A DNA stretch of 64,000 nt from positions 7,123 through 71,122 of the forward strand of contig CALAGR010000138.1 of the NCBI GenBank assembly GCA_937891735.1, in the 5' to 3' direction. This document shows positions 18,401 to 27,424 of the stretch, piece after piece; the stretch's first letter is position 1; every line of letters begins with the position of its first letter. The notes under the pieces were generated by a model. That model was given only the letters and a program-made list of their open reading frames with translations. It ran no database searches and was not told where the DNA came from. The position numbers were made by a program, and so were the translations under genes. Source of the DNA: an uncultured Pseudomonadota bacterium (GTDB taxonomy: Bacteria > Myxococcota_A > UBA796 > UBA9615).

Positions 18401-19396
18401 ATGCATCTGTCCCGAGTCCTGATCGCCGCTGCCCTGCTCTCCATCCCCGCCGCCGCCTCTGCCGGCACAGCCGTCGAGCTGCGCCACAACGGCGCCGGCG
18501 AGCACTGCCAGGGGGATGGCGGAAAGAAGGGGGCGAAGCTCCTGGAGAAGTTCGGCTCCGCCCTCGGCGGCGAGGACACCCGCAAGGCCTGGAAGTCCCT
18601 GCGGGACGCGGGCGAGCCCGGCTGCGACGCCATCGCCGCGTGGCTCAAGGAGGGGGCTCCGGGCGAAGAGACCGCAGGCATCGCGGACGCCGCCGCCCTG
18701 CTCGTCAAGAACGGCAACGACAGCCACGTCGCGGCCGCCCTGATGTGGCTCGGCGACGAGGATCCGGACGTGCTGCGGGGGATCCTGGGCGCCCTGGAGT
18801 ACCGGCTCGGGGTGCTCGATCCCGACTCCACCGCCGCCATCGCCGCCGACACCCGCAAGGGGGTTGGGGACGCCGCCGTCTCGGTGTTCATCGGCTACCA
18901 CTCCGTCGGCACCATGAAGACCGTCTACGGCATCCCGGTGTACGAGGAGATCGCGTACTGGGGCTCGGTCACGGCGCCGCCGGACCACTACGTCAAGGCC
19001 GTGGGCACGCTGCTGCAGGGCGCGACGCCGGACCGCAAGGAGGACGTGGCGAAGTACGCCGGCCGTCACTACCGCGAGGCGCACACGGGGCAGGACGCCT
19101 GGGCCCCCTTCCTGGTGGCGATGGTCGATTCGATGGACAAGGAGTCCCAGAAGGCCGCCAACATCGCGGCCAAGCACCTCGCCTGGGGTGAGCCCGCGGG
19201 CATTGACGAGGCGGTCACCAAGATCATCTCTTCGGGCAACGCAGAGACGATGGAGCACTTCCTGGATGGCTTCGAGGAGCGCCTGGGCGAGGGCCGCGGC
19301 ACCGCCGCCACCATCGCGCGTCTGGAGACGATCGCCGCCGCCGGCGACAAGCGCGCACCCAAGATCGCGAAGAAGTTCGCCAAGAAGGTGCAGTAG
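18401..19396 (+). CDS. Secreted alpha-helical (HEAT/ARM-like) hypothetical protein
   Basis: GGAGG RBS, signal peptide (LIAAALLSIPAAASA), helical repeats such as LGDEDPDVLRGILGAL; typical codon usage. Confidence 0.75.
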   Translation: MHLSRVLIAAALLSIPAAASAGTAVELRHNGAGEHCQGDGGKKGAKLLEKFGSALGGEDTRKAWKSLRDAGEPGCDAIAAWLKEGAPGEETAGIADAAALLVKNGNDSHVAAALMWLGDEDPDVLRGILGALEYRLGVLDPDSTAAIAADTRKGVGDAAVSVFIGYHSVGTMKTVYGIPVYEEIAYWGSVTAPPDHYVKAVGTLLQGATPDRKEDVAKYAGRHYREAHTGQDAWAPFLVAMVDSMDKESQKAANIAAKHLAWGEPAGIDEAVTKIISSGNAETMEHFLDGFEERLGEGRGTAATIARLETIAAAGDKRAPKIAKKFAKKVQ

Positions 19397-19409
19397 ATCC
19401 AGCGCGCGG

Positions 19410-20756
19410 CTACTTGCCGATGCAGAAGCGGCTGAACAGCTCGTCCAGCACGCGTTCCTCTGGCCACGCTCCGATCAGCTCCTCCAGCGCGCGCCCCGCC
19501 CGCCGCACCGCCACCGCCGACAGGACGACCTCCTCGGCCCCCGCGGTGATCGCGTCGTCCAGGGCGGCCACCGCCTCGGACAGGGCTTGGCCTTGCCGCA
19601 CCGTGGTCAGCACGACGTCCTGGGTGGCCACCGCGGAGGCCCCGGCCGCTGCCGTGATCGCCTCCTGCACGGCATCGAGCCCCGCCCCCTGAGGCGTCGC
19701 CACCAGGAGCCACCCTCCGCCTAGCAGCCGCGACCTCGTCGACTCATCCAGCAGATCGGCGTGGGTCGCGACGCCCACCCCGGATGCGGGTCCCTCGACC
19801 GCCCGCCCGTCCCGCACCACGACCACCACGTCGGCCTGCTCCACCGCCCGCCCGGTCCGCTCCACGCCCTCGGCCTCGATGGGATCCGCGGCCTGCCGCA
19901 GCCCCGCCGTGTCCTCCAGGCGATACACCACGCCATCCCACTCCACCGACTCGGCGACCAGGTCGCGGGTGGTGCCGGGCCGGGGCGACACGATGGACCG
20001 GTCGTGCCCCAGGAGCGCGTTGAAGAGCGTGGACTTGCCGGCGTTCACGGGCCCCGTCAGCACCACCCGCACCCCCGCCAGCAGCAGGCGCCCCGAGCGC
20101 GCGGTGTCGGCGAGCCGCGCCATGGACGTGGCGAGCGCCACGAGCCGCGCCAGATCCTGGGCGATGTCCGCCTCGTCCACGTCTTCGGGGAAGTCGACGG
20201 CGGCCTCCAGGGCCACCGCCACCGTGAGCAGGTCGTCCCTCCAGCGCTCGAGCCGCTGGGTCAGCTCCCCGCCGAGCTGGCGGGCTGCGAGCTGCACCGC
20301 GGCCCGGCCCGGCGCCCGGATCAGCGCGTCCACCCCCTCCGCGTCCAGCAGCGACAGCCGGCCGTTCTGGACCGCACGGCGGGTCAGCTCCCCCGGGCGA
20401 GCGGCCCGCGCACCGGCGTCCTGCAGCGCCTCCACCACCTGCGTCAACAGCACGGGGTTTCCGTGCAGGTGCAGCTCCGCGACGTCCTGGCCGGTGTAGG
20501 TCCGGGGACCGAAGAAGCGCACCACGAGCCCGCGATCCAGGACCGCGCCGGCGATGCGCACGGTCACCAGCTGCAGCTGTCGGTCGACCAGGCGCTGCGC
20601 CGGGGCGCCGATGAGGTGGTGGAGCAGCGCATCGACCTGCGGGCCGGAGCCGGAGATCCGCACGATGCCGATGGCGCCTCGACCCCGGGGAGTCGAGATC
20701 GTGACGATGGGATCATCGAGGAGGCCGTGCACCCGACCGAGCATGCTGTCGGGCAC
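19410..20756 (-). CDS. mnmE: tRNA modification GTPase MnmE/TrmE
   Basis: GAIGIVRISG, TYTGQDVAE, GPVNAGKSTL, PGTTRD, DTAG, FSRFCIGK; start may be ATG 20744. Confidence 0.96.
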   Translation of the reverse strand: MPDSMLGRVHGLLDDPIVTISTPRGRGAIGIVRISGSGPQVDALLHHLIGAPAQRLVDRQLQLVTVRIAGAVLDRGLVVRFFGPRTYTGQDVAELHLHGNPVLLTQVVEALQDAGARAARPGELTRRAVQNGRLSLLDAEGVDALIRAPGRAAVQLAARQLGGELTQRLERWRDDLLTVAVALEAAVDFPEDVDEADIAQDLARLVALATSMARLADTARSGRLLLAGVRVVLTGPVNAGKSTLFNALLGHDRSIVSPRPGTTRDLVAESVEWDGVVYRLEDTAGLRQAADPIEAEGVERTGRAVEQADVVVVVRDGRAVEGPASGVGVATHADLLDESTRSRLLGGGWLLVATPQGAGLDAVQEAITAAAGASAVATQDVVLTTVRQGQALSEAVAALDDAITAGAEEVVLSAVAVRRAGRALEELIGAWPEERVLDELFSRFCIGK

Positions 20757-20767
20757 GGGACCGGGCG

Positions 20768-21439
20768 CTACTCCGCGCCGGTGGGCTCAGGGGCGATCTC
20801 GACGGACTTGAGCCCGCCGCGCGCCTGGTCTGCGGATCGGGACACGAGCCCGCCGTGCTCCTTGACCATCTGGTGCACCAGGCGGCGCTCGTAGCTGTTC
20901 ATCTCGCGCAGGCGAACCGGCTCGCCGGTGCTCTCGACCTGCTCGATGGCCTCCTGGGTCTCGCTCTCCAGGCGGCCCTCGCGCTCGCCGAGGTAGCCGT
21001 CCACGTCCAGGAGCACGCGGGTGTCCGGGTCCGAGCCGCGCGTCACGGCCTTGTCGAGCAGGTGCTGGAAGGCCGGCAGGTTCTTGCCGTCCCGGCCGAT
21101 GAAGAGCTTGCTGTCGCGCGCCCCATCGATGCTCAGCACGAGCTTCTCACCGCGGCTGCGGCTCGAGATGGACGCGCCGTCGTTGTGGAACCAGCCGAGC
21201 AGGGTGCGAAGCCAGCGGTGGGCGTCGGTGGTGGGCCCCTCGGTGGACTGGCGCGCGACGGGCTGTCCGGCGGCGGCGGCCTCCGCAGAGACCCTGACGC
21301 TCCAGGCCCCGCCGCGGAAGTGCTCCCGCTCGTAGTCCCACTTGAGGGAGTGCACCCCCTCCACGCCGAGCTGTGCGGCCGCGCTCTGCAGAGCGTCCCA
21401 CAGGGTCGGTCCCTCACCGGAAATGCGTGTCGAGGTCAT
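20768..21439 (-). CDS. jag: Jag/KhpB (EloR) RNA-binding protein, KH + R3H
   Basis: KH loop FIGRDGKNL, R3H MNSYERRLVH; ATGA overlap with yidC. Confidence 0.9.
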   Translation of the reverse strand: MTSTRISGEGPTLWDALQSAAAQLGVEGVHSLKWDYEREHFRGGAWSVRVSAEAAAAGQPVARQSTEGPTTDAHRWLRTLLGWFHNDGASISSRSRGEKLVLSIDGARDSKLFIGRDGKNLPAFQHLLDKAVTRGSDPDTRVLLDVDGYLGEREGRLESETQEAIEQVESTGEPVRLREMNSYERRLVHQMVKEHGGLVSRSADQARGGLKSVEIAPEPTGAE

Positions 21440-23199
21440 GCCTTGCTCCCAGCGGGCACGGGCTCTCCGTGGCCCCGCTTGATCACCCACTGCTGCAGGA
21501 TGCTGAGGATGTTGTTCACGAAGATGTACATCACGAGGCCCGAGGGCAGCGTGAACATGATCACCCCGAAGAACAGCGTCATGAACCGCATGATCTTCTG
21601 CTGCGAGGCGTCCATGGTGGGGCTCTCGTTCATCTTCTGGGTGATGTACATGGTCAGCGACATCAGGACCGGGAACAGGCCGATGGGGTCCTGAAGGGTC
21701 AGGTCGCAGAAGTACAGGAACTTGGCCTGGTACAGATCCGCCGACATCCACAGCACGCGGTAGAGCGCAAACCAGATCGGCATCTGCACGACCATGGGCA
21801 GACAACCGCCCATCGGGTTGACCCCGCGCTCCTTGAACAGCTCCATCATCTCCTTGTTGAGGGCCTCCTTGTCGCTCCCGTACTTCTCCCGCATCGCGGC
21901 GAGCTCGGGGTTGAGGTCCTGCATCTGCTTCATGGAGCGGTACTGCTTCTGCGTCAGCGGGAACAGCAGCAGCTTCACGGTCACGGTCAGCAGGATGATG
22001 GAGAGCCCGTAGCTGCCCAGCAGGCCGTACAGGAACTTGAGGAAGGACAGGATCGGGATGGCGACGAGCCCGAAGATGCCGAAGTCCACCGACGAGGCCA
22101 TGCGCATCTCGGCGCCTTCGAGCCCTTCGAGCGTCTTGGGGCCGGCCCACAGCTTGAACGGGTAGCTGACGCTCTCACCGACCGCGAGCAGCTTGGGCGC
22201 CACCGTCACGGTGGACGCGAAGAGGCCCGCCTTCTCGTCCGCGACGGTGAACGCGGCCGTCCCCGTCATGGGCTCCGCCGGCTCGAGGCCGAGCATGAAG
22301 TACTTGCCGCCGACGCCCCACCAGCTCATCTGGCCGATGAACGGCAGCTCACCCTTCTTGCGCAGCTTCGCTTCGTCGGCGATCTCGTGGTCGTCGTCCA
22401 CCTGCAGGTGGGTCTCGACCTTCGGTCCGTAGCGGCTCTCCGCCTCCGGCATGAGGTCGACGACGCCGAAGCTCGGGGTCACCTCCCGCGCCGTTCCGCC
22501 CACGTTGCGGATCGTCACGGTGTAGTCGGTGACGAAGCCGTCCTTGGGGAAGGCGTAGCTCTTCGTGATCTCGATGCCGTCGCGCGTGGTGGCGAACACC
22601 GCCGCATCCACGCTGCTGGAGACCACGGCGTACTGCACCGAGTCGCTGGCGATCCCGCGGCTGTCGATGCCCACGGGCAGGTGCGCGATGTCCGGGGCGC
22701 GGATCACGTCCACGAGCCCGTGGACCTCCTCCTCGGAGCAGGCCAGGGTGAACGGGCCGACATCCTCGCCCTTGATCTTGTGCAGCAGCCAGGTGGGCAG
22801 CCACGGCGTCTCGGGGGGCTGGGCGAGGTACCCGTCGAGCACGTACTCGGCCGGCCCGCCTCCGAGGCTGGACCACTTCGCCCCCACGCCGCTCCACCCG
22901 AACTCGAGCTCGCGCTTCGGGGCCTCGGGAACGACGGCGGCCACCGCGGGAGCCGCGCTGTCGTCGTCCCCACGGGCGCTGTCGTCGTCGTCGGCCTCTG
23001 CCGGCGCCGCGCCGTGGCTCGCGGGGCTGGGCGTGGCGGAGTCCACCACCGCCGTGGCCTCCGGATCGACCGGCTCTTCCGGTGCCTTCGGAGGCGGGAA
23101 GACGAAGCTGTAGAAGAAGAAGACAACCATGGCCGTGAGGCCCATGGCGACCAGCATTCGCCGGTCCTGGTGGGCCTGTTGGTTCGGGTCGAGATCCAT
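21436..23199 (-). CDS. yidC: Membrane protein insertase YidC
   Basis: YGLSIILLTVTVKLLLFPL, NPMGGCLP...QMPIW, DLTLQDP, PSGLVMY. Confidence 0.97.
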   Translation of the reverse strand: MDLDPNQQAHQDRRMLVAMGLTAMVVFFFYSFVFPPPKAPEEPVDPEATAVVDSATPSPASHGAAPAEADDDDSARGDDDSAAPAVAAVVPEAPKRELEFGWSGVGAKWSSLGGGPAEYVLDGYLAQPPETPWLPTWLLHKIKGEDVGPFTLACSEEEVHGLVDVIRAPDIAHLPVGIDSRGIASDSVQYAVVSSSVDAAVFATTRDGIEITKSYAFPKDGFVTDYTVTIRNVGGTAREVTPSFGVVDLMPEAESRYGPKVETHLQVDDDHEIADEAKLRKKGELPFIGQMSWWGVGGKYFMLGLEPAEPMTGTAAFTVADEKAGLFASTVTVAPKLLAVGESVSYPFKLWAGPKTLEGLEGAEMRMASSVDFGIFGLVAIPILSFLKFLYGLLGSYGLSIILLTVTVKLLLFPLTQKQYRSMKQMQDLNPELAAMREKYGSDKEALNKEMMELFKERGVNPMGGCLPMVVQMPIWFALYRVLWMSADLYQAKFLYFCDLTLQDPIGLFPVLMSLTMYITQKMNESPTMDASQQKIMRFMTLFFGVIMFTLPSGLVMYIFVNNILSILQQWVIKRGHGEPVPAGSKA

Positions 23200-23205
23200 C
23201 GCCAG

Positions 23206-23517
23206 CTACCGGGGTGCCGCCGCCGGTCCGTCGGCAACATGCACCGAGGACTCGCCGGAGTGGTCGTGATCACACAGAGGGTGAGCGTGTAGGTGAGGTG
23301 CGGGCAGCTCCGGCACGGGGTCGAACCCGCCGGGGTACCCCGGGTGGCATCGAGCGAGCCGCTTGACGCCCATCCAGCCCCCCCGCAGGGGTCCGAAGCG
23401 CTCAATGGCCTGGGCCGCGTAGATGGAGCAGGAGGGCTCGTACCGACATGCCGGCGGCAGGGCTGGGGAGATCCAGCGCTTGTAGCCGCGCAGCAGGAAC
23501 AGGAGCAGCCACTTCAC
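23206..23517 (-). CDS. yidD: Membrane protein insertion efficiency factor YidD
   Basis: [21 protein letters not shown]...RCHP...GGFDPVP; GTGA overlap with rnpA. Confidence 0.95.
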   Translation of the reverse strand: MKWLLLFLLRGYKRWISPALPPACRYEPSCSIYAAQAIERFGPLRGGWMGVKRLARCHPGYPGGFDPVPELPAPHLHAHPLCDHDHSGESSVHVADGPAAAPR

Positions 23518-23897
23518 GGTGAGTCCTGCCTCCGAGGGCTCCCAGGGCGGCGGTTCAGCCAGTCCCGGAGTTGGCCCAGCTCCCGATCGACATCCTGGAG
23601 CTTCAGGGTGGCGGCGCCGGGCCGAGCGATGATCACGAGGTCCCAGTTCTGCAGGAGACCGTGACGGTTGAGTCGGTACCACTCACGCAGCAGGCGCTTT
23701 ACACGCGAGCGTTGCGGCGAATTCCCGACCTTCTTGCTGACCGTGAGCCCGACCCGTCCGTGATCCAGCTGTCCCGGGCCGCGGGCCCAGGCGATCATGA
23801 AATGAGCGGTTCGGAACGTGCGGGATCGCCGACGGTGCCGACGGTATTCGGCGGATCGACGGATCCGTAGGCCGCGGGGAAAGTCGAAGTCGCCCAG
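23514..23897 (-). CDS. rnpA: Ribonuclease P protein component
   Basis: [30 protein letters not shown]; between rpmH and yidD; probable CTG start. Confidence 0.92.
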   Translation of the reverse strand: MGDFDFPRGLRIRRSAEYRRHRRRSRTFRTAHFMIAWARGPGQLDHGRVGLTVSKKVGNSPQRSRVKRLLREWYRLNRHGLLQNWDLVIIARPGAATLKLQDVDRELGQLRDWLNRRPGSPRRQDSP

Positions 23898-23899
23898 CG

Positions 23900-24049
23900 C
23901 TACTTCGTGGCGATGGTCGGCACCAGGAGCTTGCGCCCCTTCAGCCGACGGCGCGTGATGATCCGCCGTCCGTTCTTGGTGGACATGCGGGCACGGAAGC
24001 CGTGGGTCCGCTTCCGGGAGAGATTCGAGGGCTGGAAGGTGCGCTTCAT
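23900..24049 (-). CDS. rpmH: 50S ribosomal protein L34
   Basis: MKRTFQPS...[15 protein letters not shown]. Confidence 0.98.
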   Translation of the reverse strand: MKRTFQPSNLSRKRTHGFRARMSTKNGRRIITRRRLKGRKLLVPTIATK

Positions 24050-24095
24050 CGTCAGCTCCGTGACCCGCGGAAATGGCCGGGTCCAAAGGGCGCGC

Positions 24096-24124
24096 AAAAT
24101 AGAGGCTGTCCATGAGGCTGTCAA
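24096..24124 (-). promoter_or_regulatory. Putative sigma70-type promoter of the rpmH operon
   Basis: TTGACA-17 nt-TATTTT on the minus strand; contains direct repeat GAGGCTGTC x2. Confidence 0.7.
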
Positions 24125-24598
24125 GACCACCGCCTCGCGCAGCGCGGCGCGCCCCACGGCTCCAGGATTTCCGCCTCCTTATATGACGCGCGTGCGAGCG
24201 CGCACGACACCTTGTGGGCCCATCGGTCCCCCCCGTGGATCGACGGGCTGGGATCGGCAGGGCGATCCCGGCTCGGGCAGAACCGGTGAGGGTCACTCCA
24301 TTCGAGCCCTCCGGGCGAGCTGGTCCTGGTACCGAACAAATAGCGGACGCAAGTACCTGCCAACGACACCAGAAACGCTCGGAAGAACCGACCCCCTTCT
24401 TCCCATCAAGGATCCGGCCAACGCGACTTCGCGACGGAATTCGGCGCCACTCCCGGCGCACATTCCCACACGCCCAGAACGGCTCCACGCCTGTTGGAAT
24501 CGCTCTACAGAGCCCGTTGCGGGGCTACAGGTCGCGGAGTAGCTTCAGAGTCCCGGCGGCCTCCGGGACGCAGCCACCAACGCCAAAGGAAATCATCG

Positions 24599-25942
24599 AT
24601 GCTTCGTTCCACATGGGACGAGGTCTGCGCCAGGGTTCGTCGTGAAGAAGACCCCTTCTTCCACGATCCCTGGCTCAACCGCCTCTCATTCATCGCGTCA
24701 GACGAGGACAGGATCATCCTGGCCACGCCGAACCGGCTGTACGTCGAGTGGATCCAGGAGAACCTGGAGCCCCGGCTGCACGGGCACATCCACGCGATCG
24801 CGGACCGTCCCTACGCCATCGACTACCAGCTCGACGATGCGGCCGGCTCGGAGCGAAACGCCTTCCAGCCGGAGGCCGCCGCCCCCGCCAGCCTGTCCAC
24901 CGGATCCCGGGACACCCACCTCAACGTGCGCCAGGTCTTCGCGACGTTCGTCGTCGGCAGCGGAAACCAGTTCGCCACCGCAGCCTGTCAGAACGTGTCC
25001 GACAACCCGGCGCGGAACTACAACCCGCTCTTCCTGTTCGGCGGGGTGGGGCTGGGCAAGACCCACCTCCTGAACGCCATCGGGAACCGGATCCGCCAGC
25101 GGGATCCCCGGGCCCGGATCCTGTACCTGTCCGCGAACGACTTCACCACCGAGCTCATCAACTGCATCCGGTTCAAGCGGATGGAGGAGTTTCGGGAGAA
25201 GTTCCGTCGGAACTGCGACGTCCTGCTCATGGACGACATCGAGTTCCTGGCGGGCAAGGATCGGACGCAGGAGGAGTTCTTCCACACGTTCGAGGCCCTG
25301 CACGGCAGCGGACGCCAGATCGTGGTCACCGCAGACCGCTACCCGAAGGACATCGGCGGTCTCGAGGAGCGCCTGCGCAGCCGGTTCGACTGGGGCCTGG
25401 TGGCGGACATCCAGCCGCCGGACACCGAGACCAAGGTCGCGATCCTGCGCCGCAAGGCGGACGACGAGGGCATCGCCCTGCCCAACGAGGTGGCGTTCTT
25501 CGTCGCCCGGCACGCCACTGGAAACGTACGGGAGCTCGAAGGCACCCTCACCCGCCTGCTCGCCATGAGCAGCTTCCACGCGGCTCCCCTGGACGTGGAG
25601 TTCGCCCGGCGCTCGCTGCAGGGCTATCTGCAGGTGGAGGAGCGCTCGACGAACATCGACACCATCCAGAGCGGCGTGGCCCGGTTCTTCGGGGTCAAGG
25701 TGCAGGACCTGAAGGGCCCACGGCGCACGCGCCAGATGGTCGTGCCCCGACAGATCGCGATGTACCTGGCGCGGCAGCACACCGGCCTGTCGCTCCCCGA
25801 GATCGGAAAACGCTTCGGAAACCGGGATCACACCACCGTCCTGCACGCCGTCAGGAAGGTGAAGGCGACCCGGACGAAGGACTCCGGCTACCGAACCCGC
25901 CTCGAGGGAGTGACTCGCTCTCTGGGGCTGCCCGTCGAATAG
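24599..25942 (+). CDS. dnaA: Chromosomal replication initiator DnaA
   Basis: FVVGSGN, YNPLFLFGGVGLGKTHL, DDIEF, QEEFFHTF, RQIAMYL, RDHTTVLHA; AAGGA RBS. Confidence 0.99.
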   Translation: MLRSTWDEVCARVRREEDPFFHDPWLNRLSFIASDEDRIILATPNRLYVEWIQENLEPRLHGHIHAIADRPYAIDYQLDDAAGSERNAFQPEAAAPASLSTGSRDTHLNVRQVFATFVVGSGNQFATAACQNVSDNPARNYNPLFLFGGVGLGKTHLLNAIGNRIRQRDPRARILYLSANDFTTELINCIRFKRMEEFREKFRRNCDVLLMDDIEFLAGKDRTQEEFFHTFEALHGSGRQIVVTADRYPKDIGGLEERLRSRFDWGLVADIQPPDTETKVAILRRKADDEGIALPNEVAFFVARHATGNVRELEGTLTRLLAMSSFHAAPLDVEFARRSLQGYLQVEERSTNIDTIQSGVARFFGVKVQDLKGPRRTRQMVVPRQIAMYLARQHTGLSLPEIGKRFGNRDHTTVLHAVRKVKATRTKDSGYRTRLEGVTRSLGLPVE

Positions 25943-25989
25943 CCGCGACAACGAGTAGGATCCCGCCGGGAGCGTCGCTGGGAGCTCTC

Positions 25990-26240
25990 ATGGCATTCGC
26001 ACACCCTCGACCCCCTGTGTACAACCCGGTGGACATGCTGTTGAAAGGCCCGTGGACGACTTGTTAACGTTCGCACCCGCACGCGACCCGGCCGGTTGTC
26101 CCCGACAGAATCCACGGCACCTTCCCCCGACCGCACACAGGCATTCAATCAACACAGTCAGCGACTTAGAGCCCCTATCCACAGAAACAGGGCTCTCCAA
26201 CAACAACAAGATCAATCAATAGAAGATCTCCTTTCTGAGA
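25990..26240. other. Probable oriC (dnaA-dnaN intergenic)
   Basis: Several degenerate DnaA boxes (TGTGTACAA 26016, GGTGGACAT, CGTGGACGA, GAATCCACG, CTATCCACA 26175-26183), IHF-like AGTCAGCGACTTA (26156-26168) and an A-rich (CAA)4GATCAA tract at 26198-26225. Confidence 0.8.
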
Positions 26241-26277
26241 TCGTGGTTCTCAGGAGCCATCGGGAGCGCGCAGCCTC

Positions 26278-27408
26278 ATGGAATTCCGCATCGCCAAGGA
26301 CGAGCTGATTCGAGCCCTCTCTCGCGTCCAGGGCATCGTCGAGAAGCGCTCGACGAATCCGATCATCGCCAACGTGCTGTTCGAGGTCTCGAGCGACGGC
26401 ATGAAGGTCAGCGCGACGGACACCGAGGTGTCCCTGATCGGCCATTACGCCGTCGAGTGCATCCAGCCCGGCAGCCTGACCCTTGGCGCACGCCAGCTGT
26501 ACGAGATCGCGCGGCTGGTCCCCACGGACAGCGTGTCGTTCCGGTTGCCCGCCGGCTCGTTTCTGATGGAGGTCAACTCCGGCAAGGCGCAGTTCAAGGT
26601 GCTCGGACTGCCGGCCGACGACTTCCCGCCGATCCTGCCCGCCGACGTGGACGTGGGCGACGGGCTGGAGATCGAAGCCGCGGACCTCAAGGCGATCATC
26701 GACAAGACCCTGTTCAGCATCTCGTCGGACGACACCCGGACCGGCCTGAACGGCGCCCACGCCGAGTCCATCGAGCTGCCCGGAGGCCGAACCCACCTGC
26801 GGTTCGTGTCCACCGACGGACACCGTCTGTCCCTGGCCGGCCGGCCCCTGACGGGCACCTGGACGGCGCAGCGCTCGGTGCTGCTGCCGAAGAAGGGCCT
26901 CGCGGAGCTCCGCAAGCTCGTGGATGTGGGCGATGGCCCCTGGCGCATCGTGCTGGGCGAGACCCAGGCGGTCTTCAACCGCGGCACCACCGCCTTCTCC
27001 ATGCGTCTGCTGGAGGGGGACTTCCCGGACTACAAGCAGGTCGTGCCCGCGGGTTGGCAGCGGCGGATCCTGGTGGGTCGGGGGCACCTCGTCCAGGCTC
27101 TGCGCCGGGTCAGCATCCTCGCTTCGGAGAAGTCGCACCCCGTGCGCTTCCACATCACCGGCGGGACCCTGGTGATCACCGCCAAGCAGCCCGAGGCCGG
27201 CGAGGCCCGCGAGGAACTCGAGGCCACGGTCGAGGGCAGCGATCTCGAGATCGGCTTCAACGCCCGCTACTTCCTCGATGCGCTCGGTGAGATGACCACG
27301 GACGACGTGGCCATCGAGATCGGTGACTCGCTGTCGCCGTGCCTGGTCCGTCCCGGAGATGGGGACGCGGACGAGCTGTTCGTCGTGATGCCGATGCGGC
27401 TCGAGTAG
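26278..27408 (+). CDS. dnaN: DNA polymerase III beta clamp
   Basis: SATDTE, STDGHRL, LLEGDFPDY, GFNARY, VVMPMRL. Confidence 0.98.
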   Translation: MEFRIAKDELIRALSRVQGIVEKRSTNPIIANVLFEVSSDGMKVSATDTEVSLIGHYAVECIQPGSLTLGARQLYEIARLVPTDSVSFRLPAGSFLMEVNSGKAQFKVLGLPADDFPPILPADVDVGDGLEIEAADLKAIIDKTLFSISSDDTRTGLNGAHAESIELPGGRTHLRFVSTDGHRLSLAGRPLTGTWTAQRSVLLPKKGLAELRKLVDVGDGPWRIVLGETQAVFNRGTTAFSMRLLEGDFPDYKQVVPAGWQRRILVGRGHLVQALRRVSILASEKSHPVRFHITGGTLVITAKQPEAGEAREELEATVEGSDLEIGFNARYFLDALGEMTTDDVAIEIGDSLSPCLVRPGDGDADELFVVMPMRLE

Positions 27409-27424
27409 GGCGCCCGGACTTCAT

